Assembly (NCBI GenBank): GCA_002269645.1
Contig: NIVC01002306.1
Coordinates: 62,001-126,000, forward strand
DNA: 64,000 bases
Direction: 5' to 3'
Source: Macrostomum lignano
Taxonomy: Eukaryota
Under the pieces are notes generated by a model. That model was not told where the DNA came from, ran no database searches, and saw only the letters and a program-made list of their open reading frames with translations. The translations under genes and the position numbers were made by a program. The first letter of the stretch is position 1. The number at the start of each line of letters is the position of its first letter. Shown here one piece after another: positions 1 to 10,811 of this stretch.

Positions 1-1440
1 GGGAAAAGAAGAGTCAGGAAGGAGGGAAAAGAAGAGTCAGGAAGGAGGGAAAAGAAGAGTCAGGGAGGAGGGAAAAGAAGAGTCAGGGAGGAGGGAAAAG
101 AAGAGTCAGGAAGGAGGGAAAAGAAGAGTCAGGAAGGAGGGAAAAGAAGAGTCAGGAAGGAGGGAAAAGAAGAGTCAGGGAGGAGGGAAAAGAGAGTCAG
201 CCAGGAGGGAAAAGAAGAGTCAGGGAGGAGGGAAAAAAGAGTCAGGGAGGAGGGAAAAGAAGAGTCAGGGAGGAGGGAAAAGAAGAGTCAGAAAGGAGGG
301 AAAAGAAGAGTCAGGGAGGAGGGAAAAGAAGAGTCAGGGAGGAGGGAAAAGAGAGTCAGCCAGGAGGGAAAAGAAGAGTCAGGGAGGAGGGAAAAGAGAG
401 TCAGCCAGGAGGGAAAAGAAGAGTCAGGGAGGAGGGAAAAGAAGAGTCAGGGAGGAGGGAAAAGAAGAGTCAGGGAGGAGAGAAAAGAAGAGTCAGGGAG
501 GAGGGAAAAGAAGAGTCAGGGAGGAGGGAAAAGAGAGTCAGCCAGGAGGGAAAAGAAGAGTCAGGGAGGAGGGAAAAGAAGAGTCAGGGAGGAGGGAAAA
601 GAAGAGTCAGGGAGGAGGGAAAAGAAGAGTCAGGGAGGAGGGAAAAGAAGAGTCAGGGAGGAGGAAAAAGAAGAGTCAGGGAGGAGGGAAAAGAGAGTCA
701 GCCAGGAGGGAAAAGAAGAGTCAGGGAGGAGGGAAAAGAAGAGTCAGGGAGGAGGGAAAAGAGAGTCAGGGAGGAGGGAAAAGAAGAGTCAGGGAGGAGA
801 GAAAAGAAGAGTCAGGAAGGAGGGAAAAGAAGAGTCAGGGAGGAGGGAAAAAAGAGTCAGGGAGGAGGGAAAAGAAGAGTCAGGAAGGAGGGAAAAGAAG
901 AGTCAGGAAGGAGGGAAAAGAGAGTCAGCCAGGAGGGAAAAGAAGAGTCAGGAAGGAGGGAAAAGAAGAGTCAGGAAGGAGGGAAAAGAAGAGTCAGGGA
1001 GGAGGGAAAAGAAGAGTCAGGGAGGAGGGAAAAGAAGAGTCAGGAAGGAGGGAAAAGAAGAGTCAGGAAGGAGGGAAAAGAAGAGTCAGGGAGGAGGGAA
1101 AAGAGAGTCAGCCAGGAGGGAAAAGAAGAGTCAGCCAGGAGGGAAAAAAGAGTCAGGGAGGAGGGAAAAGAGAGTCAGCCAGGAGGGAAAAGAAGAGTCA
1201 GGGAGGAGGGAAAAAAGAGTCAGGGAGGAGGGAAAAGAAGAGTCAGGGAGGAGGGAAAAGAAGAGTCAGAAAGGAGGGAAAAGAACAGTCAGGAAGGAGG
1301 GAAAAGAAGAGTCAGGGAGGAGGGAAAAGAAGAGTCAGGGAGGAGGGAAAAGAAGAGTCAGGAAGGAGGGAAAAGAAGAGTCAGGAAGGAGGGAAAAGAA
1401 GAGTCAGGGAGGAGGGAAAAGAACAGTCAGGGAGGAGGAC
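1..1440. repeat. 23-bp purine-rich minisatellite GGGAAAAGAAGAGTCAGGGAGGA
   Basis: Direct inspection; runs off the window start. Confidence 0.95.
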
Positions 1441-2359
1441 AGTCAGACGAGGGTCAGAGAGGAGATAAGTATGAGAGTCAGGAGGTCAGGAGGAAGGGTC
1501 AGCGAGAATAAGAATGAGAGTCAGAGGAGAAGAGTCAGAGAGGGAGGGTCCGATAGGAGAAAGAGGTCTGAGAGTCCAAGTGTCAGAAAGGAGAGTGGAA
1601 GAGTCCGAGAGATTGAGTTTGAGAGAAAGGAGGCAGGCAGAGGATAGGAAATGAAGCGGTGACAGAGGCGCTCCATTCCGAATTCGGCCGGTCTCAATTC
1701 TAGGAAATTTCCTAATCAGAGCGGGCCAGAAAATGAGTAAAAAAAGAAGCGATAGCTATAGACGAGCGCGTCAGTTGATGAGGAGAGAAAGATAAAATAA
1801 ATTTGGTCAGTGGCGCGTTACGGCGATAGGATGAGGCGGAGGGCTTGGTTGGAAACGGGGGGGGGTTGGGAGGATTGTGATGAGCCGACAGGGGAGACGG
1901 GATGGGGCCGTTGGCAGGGAGGCTGGGAGAATAATTGAGCTCCAAGCTGCCACAGCCAGCAGTTTAAGGCAGTCAAGTGCCCGAGCCCCTTTTCACCCCA
2001 GTTGCTACCCCCTCTATCCCCCCTCTCTCTCTCAGGCTGCGGCCGTCGGCCACTGCGAATGGGAACGGTAGATAGGATGCGGGAACGCCCCCTACGCTGC
2101 GCAGTTAGCGATAAAAGAGGCTGTATAGCAGCCGGATGAGGCTCCTCATCTTCCCTCCCAGCTTCCCGCCAGGTCCCTGCACTAGAAAGGAAAGGGCCAT
2201 TTGTCAATTGATAGATAATGATTGAAAGCGCTTGAATTCGCACCTCTGGAAGGCAGGTGAACAGAACCGAGCATGGCCTCAAGTAGTGCACGCTCACACA
2301 GTGTGTACAGCGGCCCTGGCTTTCTGCTTGTCAGGGGATGATTGCACGACAAGCCCTGC

Positions 2360-2458
2360 GGAGGCCAATTTTCGTACCCAAGTCCCAAATTTAAGCGGCC
2401 GCGCGCTTGGGATCGAACCCGGTACCTATGGCCGCGAGAGTAGGAAACGTTTTTGCTA
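2360..2458 (-). mobile_element. Degenerate tRNA-derived SINE head, family B
   Basis: Minus strand reads ...CTACTCTCGC...GGGTTCGATCCC...AATTTGGGACTTGGGTACGAAAATT, similar to the copies at 58310 and 58728. Confidence 0.45.
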
Positions 2459-2589
2459 ATCTTGGAGCAAACGATGTCAGTCTGAAGTCTCTAAATTCAG
2501 ATTGAAATTTTTGCTACAGTTTATCCTTCCAACATTGAGCTACGAGTCTTTGTTCTTTGTTTTTTTAAAAATCTCTCTGGAACTTTCAG

Positions 2590-4734
2590 GCGACGGCACA
2601 ATTGACTTCAACGAATTCGTGCACATGATGTCGGAGCGGATGCTGCAGGATGAAGAGAACACAACTAGAAAGGAGCGTCAGATGAAGCGAGCTTTCGCTG
2701 TGAGTAGTAGCTGTGAGAAGTATAATGCGAGCCATTTGATGCGGCAGAGCAGAGTGGGACGGCTTAGACTTACGACCTGGCTTGGGGTGGCTGTCCCTCT
2801 CTGCAACCCGAGCGTGAACTCTTCTTCCGTAATCAGCAACCTGTCACTCTGTGGGGTCAGCAACTGAGCAGTGACCTGTCACTCTGTGGGGTCAGCAACT
2901 GGGCAGTGACCTGTCACTCTGTGGGGTCAGCAACTGGGCAGTGACCTGTCACTCTGTGGGGTCAGCAACTGGGCAGTGACCTGTCACTCTGTGGGGTCAG
3001 CAACTGGGCAGTGACCTGTCACTCTGTGGGGTCAGCAACTGGGCAGTGACCTGTCACTCTGTGGGGTCAGCAACTGGGCAGTGACCTGTCACTCTGTGGG
3101 GTCAGCAACTGGGCAGTGACCTGTCACTCTGTGGGGTCAGCAACTGGGCAGTGACCTGTCACTCTGTGCGGTCAGCAACTGGGCAGTGACCTGTCACTCT
3201 GTGCGGTCAGCAACTGGGCAGTGACCTGTCACTCTGTGGGGTCAGCAACTGGGCAGTGACCTGTCACTCTGTGGGGTCAGCAACTGAGCAGTGACCTGTC
3301 ACTCTGTGGGGTCAGCAACTGGGCAGTGACCTGTCACTCTGTGGGGTCAGCAACTGGGCAGTGACCTGTCACTCTTTGGGGTCAGCAACTGGGCAGTGAC
3401 CTGTCACTCTGTGGGGTCAGCAACTGGGCAGTGAACTGTCACTCTGTGGGGTCAGCAACTGAGCAGTGACCTGTCACTCTGTGGGGTCAGCAACTGGGCA
3501 GTGACCTGTCACTCTGTGGGGTCAGCAACTGGGCAGTGACCTGTCACTCTGTGGGGTCAGCAACTGGGCAGTGACCTGTCACTCTGTGGGGTCAGCAACT
3601 GAGCAGTGACCTGTCACTCTTTGGGGTCAGCAACTGAGCAGTGACCTGTCACTCTGTGGGGTCAGCAACTGGGCAGTGACCTGTCACTCTGTGGGGTCAG
3701 CAACTGAGCAGTGACCTGTCACTCTGTGGGGTCAGCAACTGGGCAGTGAACTGTCACTCTGTGGGGTCAGCAACTGGGCAGTGACCTGTCACTCTTTGGG
3801 GTCAGCAACTGAGCAGTGACCTGTCACTCTGTGGGGTCAGCAACTGGGCAGTGAACTGTCACTCTGTGGGGTCAGCAACTGGGCAGTGACCTGTCACTCC
3901 GGGGGGTCAGCAACGGGCAGTGAACTGTCACTCCGGGGGGTCAGCAACTGGGCAGTGACCTGTCACTCCGGGAGGTCAGCAACTGGGCAGTGACCTGTCA
4001 CTTTGAGGTCAGCAACTGGGCAGTGACCTGTCACTCCGGGAGGTCAGCAACTGGGCAGTGACTGTCACTCCGGGGGGTCAGCAACTGGGCAGTGACCTGT
4101 CACTCCGGGGGGTCAGCAACGGGCAGTGAACTGTCACTCCGGGGGGTCAGCAACTGGGCAGTGACCTGTCACTCCGGGAGGTCAGCAACTGGGCAGTGAC
4201 CTGTCACTTTGAGGTCAGCAACTGGGCAGTGACCTGTCACTCCGGGAGGTCAGCAACTGGGCAGTGACTGTCACTCCGGGGGGTCAGCAACTGGGCAGTG
4301 ACCTGTCACTCCGGGAGGTCAGCAACTGAGCAGTGAACTGTCACTCTGGGGTCAGCAACTGAGCAGTGAACTGTCACTCTGTGGGGTCAGCAACTGGGCA
4401 GTAAACTGTTACTCCGTGGGTTCAGCAAATTAGTGTTTGACACCTCATTGTCCTATAGGTATTCGACAAGGATGGCAATGGTCTGATTGACAGTCAAGAA
4501 TTGAAGCGCGTGATGGAGAGTCTCGGAGAGAAGCTGACAGACCAAGAGATCGACGAGATGATGCGGGAAGCTGACAAAAATGGTGACGGATTTGTTGACT
4601 ACGCTGGTAAGAATTTTTACTCAGATTCACGATATCCTACTGCCAACAGTAGAAAGTGTAGGATTTGAACGAAGAGAACATTTCATTTCCGCATTTCAGA
4701 ATTTGCGGAGTTGCTAAGCGGGGCACAGACTTGA
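2590..4734 (+). CDS. Calmodulin-like EF-hand protein, 3' three exons (2590-2699, 4459-4606, 4700-4734); 5' exons not found and probably upstream of the window
   Basis: Spliced translation [37 protein letters not shown]|[49 protein letters not shown]|[11 protein letters not shown]. Canonical EF loops, GT-AG sites in phases 1/0/1 at calmodulin-like intron positions, AATAAA at 4807-4812. Confidence 0.9.
2834..4415. repeat. 35-bp minisatellite CAGCAACTGGGCAGTGACCTGTCACTCTGTGGGGT in calmodulin-like intron
   Basis: Direct inspection; a 206-bp higher-order duplication lies near the 3' end (markers at 3911/4117 and 4001/4207). Confidence 0.95.
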
Positions 4735-4806
4735 TTTTTTATTTCCTCATCTGATCAAAACACGCCAAGCTTGACAGCACACGATGACAGCTCTCATGAA
4801 TATACA

Positions 4807-4823
4807 AATAAATCGCATTTATT
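4807..4823. terminator. Back-to-back polyadenylation signals for the convergent calmodulin-like (+) and lectin 1 (-) genes
   Basis: AATAAA at 4807-4812, then TCGCA, then TTTATT at 4818-4823. Confidence 0.5.
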
Positions 4824-4920
4824 CAAGAAAAAAATATAAGTAAATGTCTGGTCGATTTTATTAACGCGAGAGGAGAAGATTCACTGTTTTGTTTTTCTCT
4901 ATCTTTTTTAGTAAAGGTTG

Positions 4921-5600
4921 ACAGCTCACACCCTGACCAGCTTGACCCGACCCACTCAGCCCCTGACCAGCTTGACCAACTCAGCTCAGCTCCTGACCAG
5001 CTTGACCCACTCAGACCCTGACCAACTTGACCCACTCAGACCCTGAGCAGCTTGACCCACTCAGACCCTGACCAGCTTGACCCACTCAGACCCTGACCAG
5101 CTTGACCCACTCAGCTCCGCTTCTGACCAGCTTGACCCACTCAGACCCTGACCAGCTTGACCCACTCAGCTCAGCTCCTGACCAGCTTGACCCACTTACA
5201 CCCTGACCAGCTTGACCAACTCAGCTCAGCTCCTGACCAGCTTGACCCACTCAGACCCTGACCAGCTTGACCCACTCAGCTCAGCTCCTGACCAGCTTGA
5301 CCCACTCAGCTCAGCTCCTGACCAGCTTGACCCACTCAGACCCTGACCAGCTTGACCCACTCAGACCCTGACCAGCTTGACCAACTCAGCTCCGCTTCTG
5401 ACCAGCTTGACCCACTCAGACCCTGACCAGCTTGACCAACTCAGCTCCGCTTCTGACCAGCTTGACCCACTCAGACCCTGACCAGCTTGACCCACTCAGC
5501 TCAGCTCCTGACCAGCTTGACCCACTCAGCCCCTGACCAGCTTGACCCACTCAGCCCCTGACCAGCTTGACCTACTCAGACCCTGACCAGCTTGACCCAG
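4921..5600. repeat. 25-bp (and 30-bp variant) minisatellite GACCCACTCAGACCCTGACCAGCTT at the 3' end of lectin 1
   Basis: The first unit on the minus strand encodes WVKLVRV*. Confidence 0.95.
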
Positions 5601-6337
5601 TCCGGGCTGCTCTCGATTTCCGGGTCGACCGGAGCGTCGGCGAACTGCAGCAGGCGGCAGGCGGCCAGCCGGCTGTTGTACAGAGCGCTGCGGCACCTGC
5701 TGCCACACAGGGAGGCTCTGACCAGGCAGGCCTGCAGCGAGGCCACTGGCTGCAGCCCATCGCAGCAGTAGTACGTGTCGGTCCGGGTTCTCGTGAACTC
5801 CGTCGGCTTCCAGACAGAAACCCTATTGTGAGACAAAGGCTGTACGAACTGGCAGACGAAGCCGAAGGAAACGCTGCAGGTCCTGTCCCCGAGCCGAGTC
5901 TGGCCGCTATGGTGTAAAAACCGGAGGCAGTGCTCCCCAGGGCTTCCACTTGGCTCCGTGGGGTGCCACAGTGAATCGTCTATTGGAAAACTGCCGCCAC
6001 CGCTGACCCTCTGCCAGCCGGACCTGTTGGTGTTGGCCTCGAACGCTAGGTCGTTGAGTCCAGTCCACATTTCAGTTGAGTAGCCGAGAGTCTGCAGGTT
6101 CACAGAAGCCAAGGCAGCAATGGACTCAGGCGAGTTGATGAGCTCGCCGCCCAGCTCAGAGCACACTCGATTGGCGGAGCACCAGCTGTAGCTCTGGCTG
6201 GGCTGGATGAACAGGCACAGCTGGGCGGCCGAGTACAGCTGGAACGGGGCCGGACAGGGGACGGTCTCGGACTGTCCGAGGCTGACACACAGCAGCAGAG
6301 CCGCTGCCAGAGCAGAGCAGCCGACATGAAGCTTCAT
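5576..6337 (-). CDS. Secreted C-type lectin domain + PAN/apple-like domain protein, copy 1 (253 aa, coding sequence uninterrupted)
   Basis: ATG at 6337 with hydrophobic signal peptide. CTLD motifs CP..F, WCSANRVCSELGGEL, MWTGLND, W...EPS, HCLR, LGD..C, FVCQ. C-terminal C..R...C..RCRSALYN....CRLL resembles PAN/apple. Confidence 0.85.
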   Translation of the reverse strand: MKLHVGCSALAAALLLCVSLGQSETVPCPAPFQLYSAAQLCLFIQPSQSYSWCSANRVCSELGGELINSPESIAALASVNLQTLGYSTEMWTGLNDLAFEANTNRSGWQRVSGGGSFPIDDSLWHPTEPSGSPGEHCLRFLHHSGQTRLGDRTCSVSFGFVCQFVQPLSHNRVSVWKPTEFTRTRTDTYYCCDGLQPVASLQACLVRASLCGSRCRSALYNSRLAACRLLQFADAPVDPEIESSPDWVKLVRV

Positions 6338-6422
6338 TTTGCCTGAGAATATTTTTCTGTGAAATTAAAGCTTAAATTTGCTGTATTTGCTGTACGGCAG
6401 GTTTTTTAGCTGCTGCTGACTC

Positions 6423-6436
6423 GTTCCCGTGGCAAC
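6423..6436. promoter_or_regulatory. RFX X-box-like palindrome upstream of lectin copy 1
   Basis: GTTCCCGTGGCAAC, 86-99 bp upstream of the ATG at 6337. Confidence 0.5.
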
Positions 6437-7280
6437 CAGCCACCTCATCAAACTTATGACGCCAACTGTTTTATCCGCTCGCGTGCTGGTAGGGCAGAAG
6501 CCGGCAGCCTCTTCGCTAACAAAGAAGATTCTCAGAATTTTTCTCTTGCAGTTTAGCCGGCAATGGCAAACCGGCTTTGCGTGTTGCCAGCTGTGCGTGA
6601 GTGAAGGCACTGATGGAGCTGAATGATTTTTCAGAACCTGCTGCTTGACAGTTTGCTAATTAGCTCAACCAGGAACTCAATGCCAACCAGCCGTTTGCAG
6701 CAGGGCCCATTGTTGCTAATGCGGGTTCCCGCGGCTGTTTCTTGAGAAATTTAACAGTTGCCAAGCATACAGCTTCATTATACAAGGAGTAGCTGCGTTA
6801 GAAACAATGGGGCAGGCACTTCGTTGCTTAAAAGTCCCTTTTACTCGTAGTGTCTCAAGTATTCAGACAAATACTTCCCAGATGGGAATTTAGGAAAAGC
6901 TTCTTTGGTGAAATTTAATTTTCAAAGGTTAATTTTCTACATGCAGTTTAGTACAGTACATGTCTTGAGTCTGTGAGCGTATTTTAATACGAATGGCATT
7001 GATTTATTCATGCCCCAGACTGATGAGACTGACGGGTCTGTCAGCATCGGGAGCTCCTGTCTGATTGAAGGGCCTGAGACAGGCCGTGAGAGCGGAAGGA
7101 CTCTGCCGAGTGCTCAAAAGCCAAGCGATGTCGCTGCACATACATGGGCATCGATAGCAGGCAGGTTGGTTTCAGTACGGCTGACCGGGAAGATGCAGCG
7201 CTGGCGAGCAGGATGTCTGGCGTGGCATGGCACCGAAAAGCGCGCGAACCCAATGTGGCCAAGGAGCTCGGATGCATGGC

Positions 7281-7601
7281 ATGGGTGCCATTAACCTGCA
7301 TGCACCCTCAGCAGCCATGGGTGCCATTAACCTGCATGCACCCTCAGCAGCCATGGGTGCCATTAACCTGCATGCACCCTCAGCAGCCATGGGTGCCATT
7401 AACCTGCATGCACCCTCAGCAGCCATGGGTGCCATTAACCTGCATGCACCCTCAGCAGCCATGGGTGCCATTAACCTGCATGCACCCTCAGCAGCCATGG
7501 GTGCCATTAACCTGCATGCACCCTCAGCAGCCATGGGTGCCATTAACCTGCATGCACCCTCAGCAGCCATGGGTGCCATTAACCTGCATGCACCCTCAGC
7601 A
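7281..7601. repeat. 36-bp minisatellite ATGGGTGCCATTAACCTGCATGCACCCTCAGCAGCC
   Basis: About 9 near-identical units. Confidence 0.95.
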
Positions 7602-7961
7602 GATTCGCCTTCGAGTCACGTGGAGATTCGAAAGTGCAATCAATTTTGTAACATTTAGCATTGCTAAAATGTATTGAAGCGTTTAGAAAATTGTCATAAA
7701 ATTTATCAGGCATTAACGTCTTAAACTTCGAATTAAACGTAATGGTAGAACTTTTGAACTGAATAAAAAACTGCGCCACGAAGTTCTAAAATAAATAAAG
7801 AGACAAGATAATAATAATAGATGCAGGCAGAACACGAATAGGATTACGAATGCGGGCTATTCGATAGTTGTGACAGAAGGACTACGAAATAAAAATTAGT
7901 ATAGATATGCCATTGCATTCATTCCAAAGCTGCAGAAAGTTTTTGTTCGTGTTGGTTACTT

Positions 7962-8135
7962 GACTCAGCCCTGACCAGCTTGACCCACTCAGCTCTCATC
8001 AGCTTGACCGACTCACACCCTGACCAGCTTGACCCACTCAGCTCCTGCCCAGCTTGACCCACTCACACCCTGACCAGCTTGACCCACTCAGACCCTGACC
8101 AGCTTGACCCACTCAGACCCTGACCAGCTTGACCC
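7962..8135. repeat. 25-bp lectin-terminal minisatellite, copy 2
   Basis: Same unit as 4921-5600. Confidence 0.9.
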
Positions 8136-8895
8136 AGTCCGGGCTGCTCTCGAGTTCCGGGTCGACCGGAGCGTCGGCGAACTGCAGCAGGCGGCAGGCG
8201 GCCAGCCGGCTGTTGTACAGAGCGCTGCGGCACCTGCTGCCACACAGGGAAGCTCTGACCAGGCAGGCCTGCAGCGAGGCCACTGGCTGCAGCTCATCGC
8301 AGCAGCAGTACGTGTCGCTCCGGGTTCTCGTGAACTCCGTCGGCTTCCAGACAGAAACCCTATTGTGAGACAAAGGCTGTACGAACTGGCAAATAAAGCC
8401 GAGACCCCCGTTGCAGCCCATGTCGCCCAGACGTGGAGAGCCGTACGGATATAGAATGCGCAAGCAGTGAGCTTTGGGACTTCCATTTGGCTCCGTCGGG
8501 TGCCACAGCGAGTTACTTCCTTGGAACCTGCCGCCTCCGTTGATTCTCTGCCAGCCGGCCCTGCTGGTGTTGGCCTCGGATTCCAAATCGTTGATTCCAA
8601 CCCACAGTTGAGTCGTGTCTTTGTTTCCATGCAGCGTGTTCGAGAAGATCAGCTTACCAATTGAGTCTGGCGAGTTGATCAGCTCACCGCCCATCTCAGT
8701 GCACCTTTGGTTGGCGGAGCACCAGGAGTAAATCGAATTTGTCTCGATGAACAGGCACTGCTGGGTGGCGTTGAGCAGTTGGAAAGGTCCCGGACACTGA
8801 GCCACCTGGCTCTGGACCGCGCTGGATCCTGACAGCAAAATTATCCACTGGAAAATCAGCTCGAAATTTTTGAAATAGATTTTCTGGGTCTCCAT
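8113..8895 (-). CDS. Secreted C-type lectin + PAN/apple-like protein, copy 2
   Basis: Open frame; first plausible ATG at 8895 (METQKIYFKNFELIFQWIILLSGSSAVQS), start uncertain. CTLD with LWVGIND and EPN motif. Last ~280 bp nearly identical to copy 1. Confidence 0.82.
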   Translation of the reverse strand: METQKIYFKNFELIFQWIILLSGSSAVQSQVAQCPGPFQLLNATQQCLFIETNSIYSWCSANQRCTEMGGELINSPDSIGKLIFSNTLHGNKDTTQLWVGINDLESEANTSRAGWQRINGGGRFQGSNSLWHPTEPNGSPKAHCLRILYPYGSPRLGDMGCNGGLGFICQFVQPLSHNRVSVWKPTEFTRTRSDTYCCCDELQPVASLQACLVRASLCGSRCRSALYNSRLAACRLLQFADAPVDPELESSPDWVKLVRV

Positions 8896-9004
8896 TCTGA
8901 TGTGCCAACAGTAGAATTGTCTCTGACCAAATCCTTCTGCTCCGAGATGAAGCTCAGACAAAAACTGAAGCAGGACTTCTATAGATAAAGACCTATAGAG
9001 AGTT

Positions 9005-9018
9005 GTTGCCTAGGTAAC
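9005..9018. promoter_or_regulatory. RFX X-box-like palindrome upstream of lectin copy 2
   Basis: GTTGCCTAGGTAAC, 110-123 bp upstream of the ATG at 8895. Confidence 0.55.
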
Positions 9019-9374
9019 AGATACAAGCTTTTGCTTTGCGGTTGTATAAAAGTTGAGGCGTTGCGAGCAAGCGGAAGTGTCTGCTACGCCTCCTGTCTGC
9101 TGCAAAGTCATCCCTACAGCGAGTCAACTTTTGTTTGCACAATACGGATGCGAGCTTTCATTCTCAGCTTGCATCTCGTTCAGTTTATTCACCGAAGCCT
9201 CATTCACCTGGCTTGACTTGGAAGGAATCGATTTTATAACAAAGGCGATGCATGGTTAGCATGCGGTTGCTTAAGCACTGGATCTACCTCAGTGATTCCA
9301 GTTGCTAAAGATAGAGAAGCTTTGCATCGATTTTCCAGTCTTGCAGCAGAAGGTGACGAATTAGGATTTTCACC

Positions 9375-10805
9375 CACTATTAGGATTGTCACCCACTATT
9401 AGGATTGTCACCCACTATTAGGATTGTCACTCACTATTAGGACTGTCACCCACTATTAGGATTGTCACCCACTATTAGGATTGTCACCCACTATTAGGAT
9501 TGTCACCCACTATTAGGATTGTCACCCACTATTAGGATTGTCACTCACTATTAGGACTGTCACCCACTATTAGAACTGTCACCCACTATTAGGACTGTCA
9601 CCCACAATTAGGACTGTCACCCACTATAAGGATTGTCACCCACTATTAGGATTGTCACCCACTATTAGGACTGTCACCCACTATTAGGATTGTCACCCAC
9701 TATTAGGATTGTCACCCACTATTAGGACTGTCACCCACAATTAGATTGTCACCCACTATTAGATTGTCACCCACTATTAGGATTGTCACCCACTATTAGG
9801 ACTGTCACCCACTATTAGGATTGTCACCCACTATTAGGATTGTCACCCACTATTAGATTGTCACCCACTATTAGGATTGTCACCCACTATTAGGACTGTC
9901 ACCCACTATTAGGATTGTCACCCACTATTAGGATTGTCACCCACTATTAGGATTGTCACCCACTATTAGGATTGTCACCCACTATTAGGATTGTCACCCA
10001 CTATTAGGATTGTCACTCACTATTAGGACTGTCACCCACTATTAGAACTGTCACCCACTATTAGGACTGTCACCCACTATTAGGACTGTCACCCACTATA
10101 AGGATTGTCACCCACTATTAGGACTGTCACCCACTATTAGGACTGTCACCCACTATTAGGATTGTCACCCACTATTAGGATTGTCACCCACTATTAGGAC
10201 TGTCACCCACTATTAGATTGTCACCCACTATTAGATTGTCACCCACTATTAGGATTGTCACCCACTATTAGGACTGTCACCCACTATTAGGATTGTCACC
10301 CACTATTAGGATTGTCACCCACTATTAGATTGTCACCCACTATTAGGATTGTCACCCACTATTAGGATTGTCACCCACTATTAGGATTGTCACCCACTAT
10401 TAGGACTGTCACCCACTATTAGATTGTCACCCACTATTAGATTGTCACCCACTATTAGGATTGTCACCCACTATTAGGATTGTCACCCACTATTAGGATT
10501 GTCACCCACTATTAGGATTGTCACCCACTATTAGGATTGTCACCCACTATTAGGATTGTCACCCACTATTAGGATTGTCACCCACTATTAGGATTGTCAC
10601 CCACTATTAGGACTGTCACCCACTATTAGATTGTCACCCACTATTAATTAAGATTGTCACCCACTATTCGGAATTTCACCCACTATTAGGACTGTCACCC
10701 ACTATAAGGATTGTCACCCACTATTAGGACTGTCACCCACTATTAGGACTGTCACCCACTATTAGGACTGTCACCCACTATTAGGACTGTCACCCACTAT
10801 TAGAT
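9375..10805. repeat. 19-bp minisatellite TTAGGATTGTCACCCACTA
   Basis: Direct inspection; variant markers recur at 472-bp spacing (9541/10013, 9572/10044). Confidence 0.95.
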
Positions 10806-10811
10806 TGATTG

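Noticed and set aside
7010-7301. GC-rich ORFs between lectin copies 1 and 2
   Set aside because: No motif, splice support or lectin similarity was recognised in any frame.
9375-10805. Interstitial telomeric sequence (TTAGG within the unit)
   Set aside because: TTAGG(A) occurs once per 19-bp unit rather than as tandem telomeric repeats.
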